Of a DNA stretch of 64,000 nucleotides, positions 62,392 through 64,000 are shown piece by piece. The notes beneath the pieces were generated by a model. The model worked only from the letters and a program-made list of their open reading frames with translations. It was not told where the DNA came from and ran no database searches. The stretch is taken from positions 76,015-140,014 of the forward strand of contig CAYQDB010000008.1 of NCBI GenBank assembly GCA_964416195.1. Direction: 5' to 3'. The first letter of the stretch is position 1. Every line of letters begins with the position of its first letter. This DNA is from an uncultured Ignavibacteriales bacterium. GTDB lineage: Bacteria > Zixibacteria > MSB-5A5 > GN15 > FEB-12. The translations under genes were made by a program, and so were the position numbers.

Positions 62392-64000
62392 ATGAAGATG
62401 TGTATGGAGTTTTTATCAAAAATCAACTCTCCTGCTGATGTGAAAAAGCTGTCTATCGATGAGTTGACGGAACTCGCTGTGGAGATCCGTCAGGAGATAG
62501 TCTCGGTCGTATCTGAAACTGGGGGACACCTGGCCACCAATCTTGGATCGGTAGAACTGACACTGGCTATGCATTACCTGTTCGATCTACCTTCGGACAA
62601 GTTAATCTGGGACGTCAGCGACCAGGTCTATACCCACAAGATGCTTACAGGGCGCCGTGATCGGATGCACACATTGCGCCAGTACGGTGGGGTGGCGGGG
62701 TTTGCCAAGCGCAAGGAATCCGAGTACGATCATTTCGGCGCCGGTCATGCTTCCACTTCCATATCCGCCGCTCTTGGTTTCGCCGCCGCACGTGACAATG
62801 CCGGACAGGATTACAAGATTGTAGCCATCATTGGGGATGGCGCTATGACGGGAGGGCTGGCGTATGAAGGTCTTAATAACGCCGGTTCGCTCAAGAAAGA
62901 CCTGCTGGTTATCCTCAATGATAATACCTGGTCGATTTCCAAAAATGTCGGCGGGATGTCGAAGTATCTCACAAGCATTATGGCGGATGAGAAATTCAAC
63001 AAGCTACGCAACGAAGTCTGGGAACTGACCGGCCGCTTCAAACGCCGTGACAAGATCCGGGCTACAATCGCCAATATTGAGAACTCCCTGAAGGGTCTGC
63101 TGGTCCCCGGGATGCTCTTTGAGAAGCTGGGATTTCGTTACTTTGGTCCTATCGACGGGCATGACCTGGAATTGCTGATTAGAACAATGGGGCGGGTGAA
63201 GAACCTTCACGGCCCCATTCTGTTGCACATCGCGACCGTGAAAGGGAAAGGCTACGAACCCGCCGAGAGTAACCCCTTTAAGTATCATGGGATAGGCAAG
63301 TTTGATAAAGTAACAGGTAAGACTACTGCCAAGATGTCAGATAGGCCCTCATACACAAAAGTCTTCGGAGATACCATGGTCGAGCTTGGGGGCAAAAGCG
63401 ATAGGGTGGTGGCTATTACTGCGGCGATGGTGGCTGGGACAGGGCTGATCGATTTTGCTGAGAAATACCCGGAGCGGTTTTTTGATGTGGGGATTGCTGA
63501 AGGTCATGCCGGCACATTTGCGGCGGGTCTGGCGGCTGGTGGCTCAAGGCCGTACCTGACAATTTACTCGACTTTCATGCAAAGAGCATTTGACCAGGTT
63601 GTTCACGATATCGCCCTGCAGAATCTGCCCGTGGTAATCTGTATGGATCGTGGCGGTCTGGTTGGGGACGACGGTCCCACCCATCACGGCACATTTGACC
63701 TCTCCTACCTCCCTTTGACGCCCAATCTCTCTGTTGCCGTACCGAGAGACGGCAACGAACTGCGGGCAATGTTGCACTATACAATCGACAACGAACTGTC
63801 CGGACCGGTGGCTATCCGGTACCCCCGTGATACTGTCCCGACCGATATAATGGATGAGGTTCCGGACATTGAATGGGGGAAATGGGAAGCTCTTTCACCG
63901 CCGAGTGATATCATTGTTCTTGCGGTCGGTACGATGGTGACACAGGCTCAAAGGGCGGCAGATATCCTGTCAGCCAGGGGCATAGATATTTCTATTGTCA
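62392..64000 (+). CDS. dxs: 1-deoxy-D-xylulose-5-phosphate synthase (3' end beyond the window)
   Basis: 'GGHLATNLGSVELTLAMHY', 'THKMLTGRRD', 'GAGHASTSISAALG', ThDP motif 'IGDGAMTGGLAYEGLNNAG...LNDN', 'FDVGIAEGHA', 'DGPTHHG'. In-frame ATGs at 62392, 62398 and 62404. Not in the ORF track because there is no stop before 64000. Confidence 0.93.
   Translation, partial: MKMCMEFLSKINSPADVKKLSIDELTELAVEIRQEIVSVVSETGGHLATNLGSVELTLAMHYLFDLPSDKLIWDVSDQVYTHKMLTGRRDRMHTLRQYGGVAGFAKRKESEYDHFGAGHASTSISAALGFAAARDNAGQDYKIVAIIGDGAMTGGLAYEGLNNAGSLKKDLLVILNDNTWSISKNVGGMSKYLTSIMADEKFNKLRNEVWELTGRFKRRDKIRATIANIENSLKGLLVPGMLFEKLGFRYFGPIDGHDLELLIRTMGRVKNLHGPILLHIATVKGKGYEPAESNPFKYHGIGKFDKVTGKTTAKMSDRPSYTKVFGDTMVELGGKSDRVVAITAAMVAGTGLIDFAEKYPERFFDVGIAEGHAGTFAAGLAAGGSRPYLTIYSTFMQRAFDQVVHDIALQNLPVVICMDRGGLVGDDGPTHHGTFDLSYLPLTPNLSVAVPRDGNELRAMLHYTIDNELSGPVAIRYPRDTVPTDIMDEVPDIEWGKWEALSPPSDIIVLAVGTMVTQAQRAADILSARGIDISIV

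Overview
The window is a 64-kb chromosomal segment from an uncultivated diderm bacterium. The diderm call rests on an Omp85 barrel, a BamB-like lipoprotein, a secretin and an LPS heptosyltransferase. Any phylum guess, such as an FCB-type candidate phylum, is inference only. Coding density is high, with about 55 protein genes. I found no rRNA, tRNA or CRISPR array by eye.

Gene content in order:
- an envelope operon (PEGA, FN3 lipoprotein, membrane protein)
- an orphan sigma-54 NtrC-type response regulator
- a secreted SNase-fusion nuclease, divergent from an orphan SbcD/Mre11 nuclease
- an NSS transporter, an outer-membrane barrel protein and uppP
- a GT9 heptosyltransferase-GmhB fusion and an AmmeMemoRadiSam-type radical SAM enzyme
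- an operon of an Omp85 barrel fused to a peptidase-like module and a TolB-like propeller, followed by a BamB-like lipoprotein and a HEAT-repeat protein
- hsp20-dnaK-(class II J protein), with a translationally coupled AT-rich HEPN-like gene
- an archaeal-type HMG-CoA synthase/thiolase/DUF35 trio
- an M29 aminopeptidase
- two S8 proteases carrying dockerin-like repeats
- a prepilin gene plus pilM-N-O-(AMIN-PilP fusion)-Q and a large Ig-like lipoprotein
- an acyl-CoA ligase, yjbQ-like, mtnA and a SprT-like protein
- rplM-rpsI, then rpsB-tsf-pyrH-frr
- uppS-cdsA-UbiA prenyltransferase, NlpC/P60 and uvrC
- a small repeat-flanked AT-rich island
- xseA-xseB-ispA-dxs, with dxs truncated by the window end

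The most pervasive non-genic signal is that almost every spacer longer than about 100 nt is filled with GTAGG/ATAGG-headed palindromes (REP/BIME-like). These fall into several recurring modular families, and they create many spurious ORFs in the six-frame track.

The items I consider most worth follow-up are:
- the Omp85-peptidase-propeller operon
- the isoprenoid peculiarities: an archaeal-type HMGCS complex together with a DXS that lacks the conserved active-site His, and a UbiA gene fused into the uppS-cdsA unit
- the HEPN-like gene in the chaperone operon
- the repeat-flanked island between uvrC and xseA
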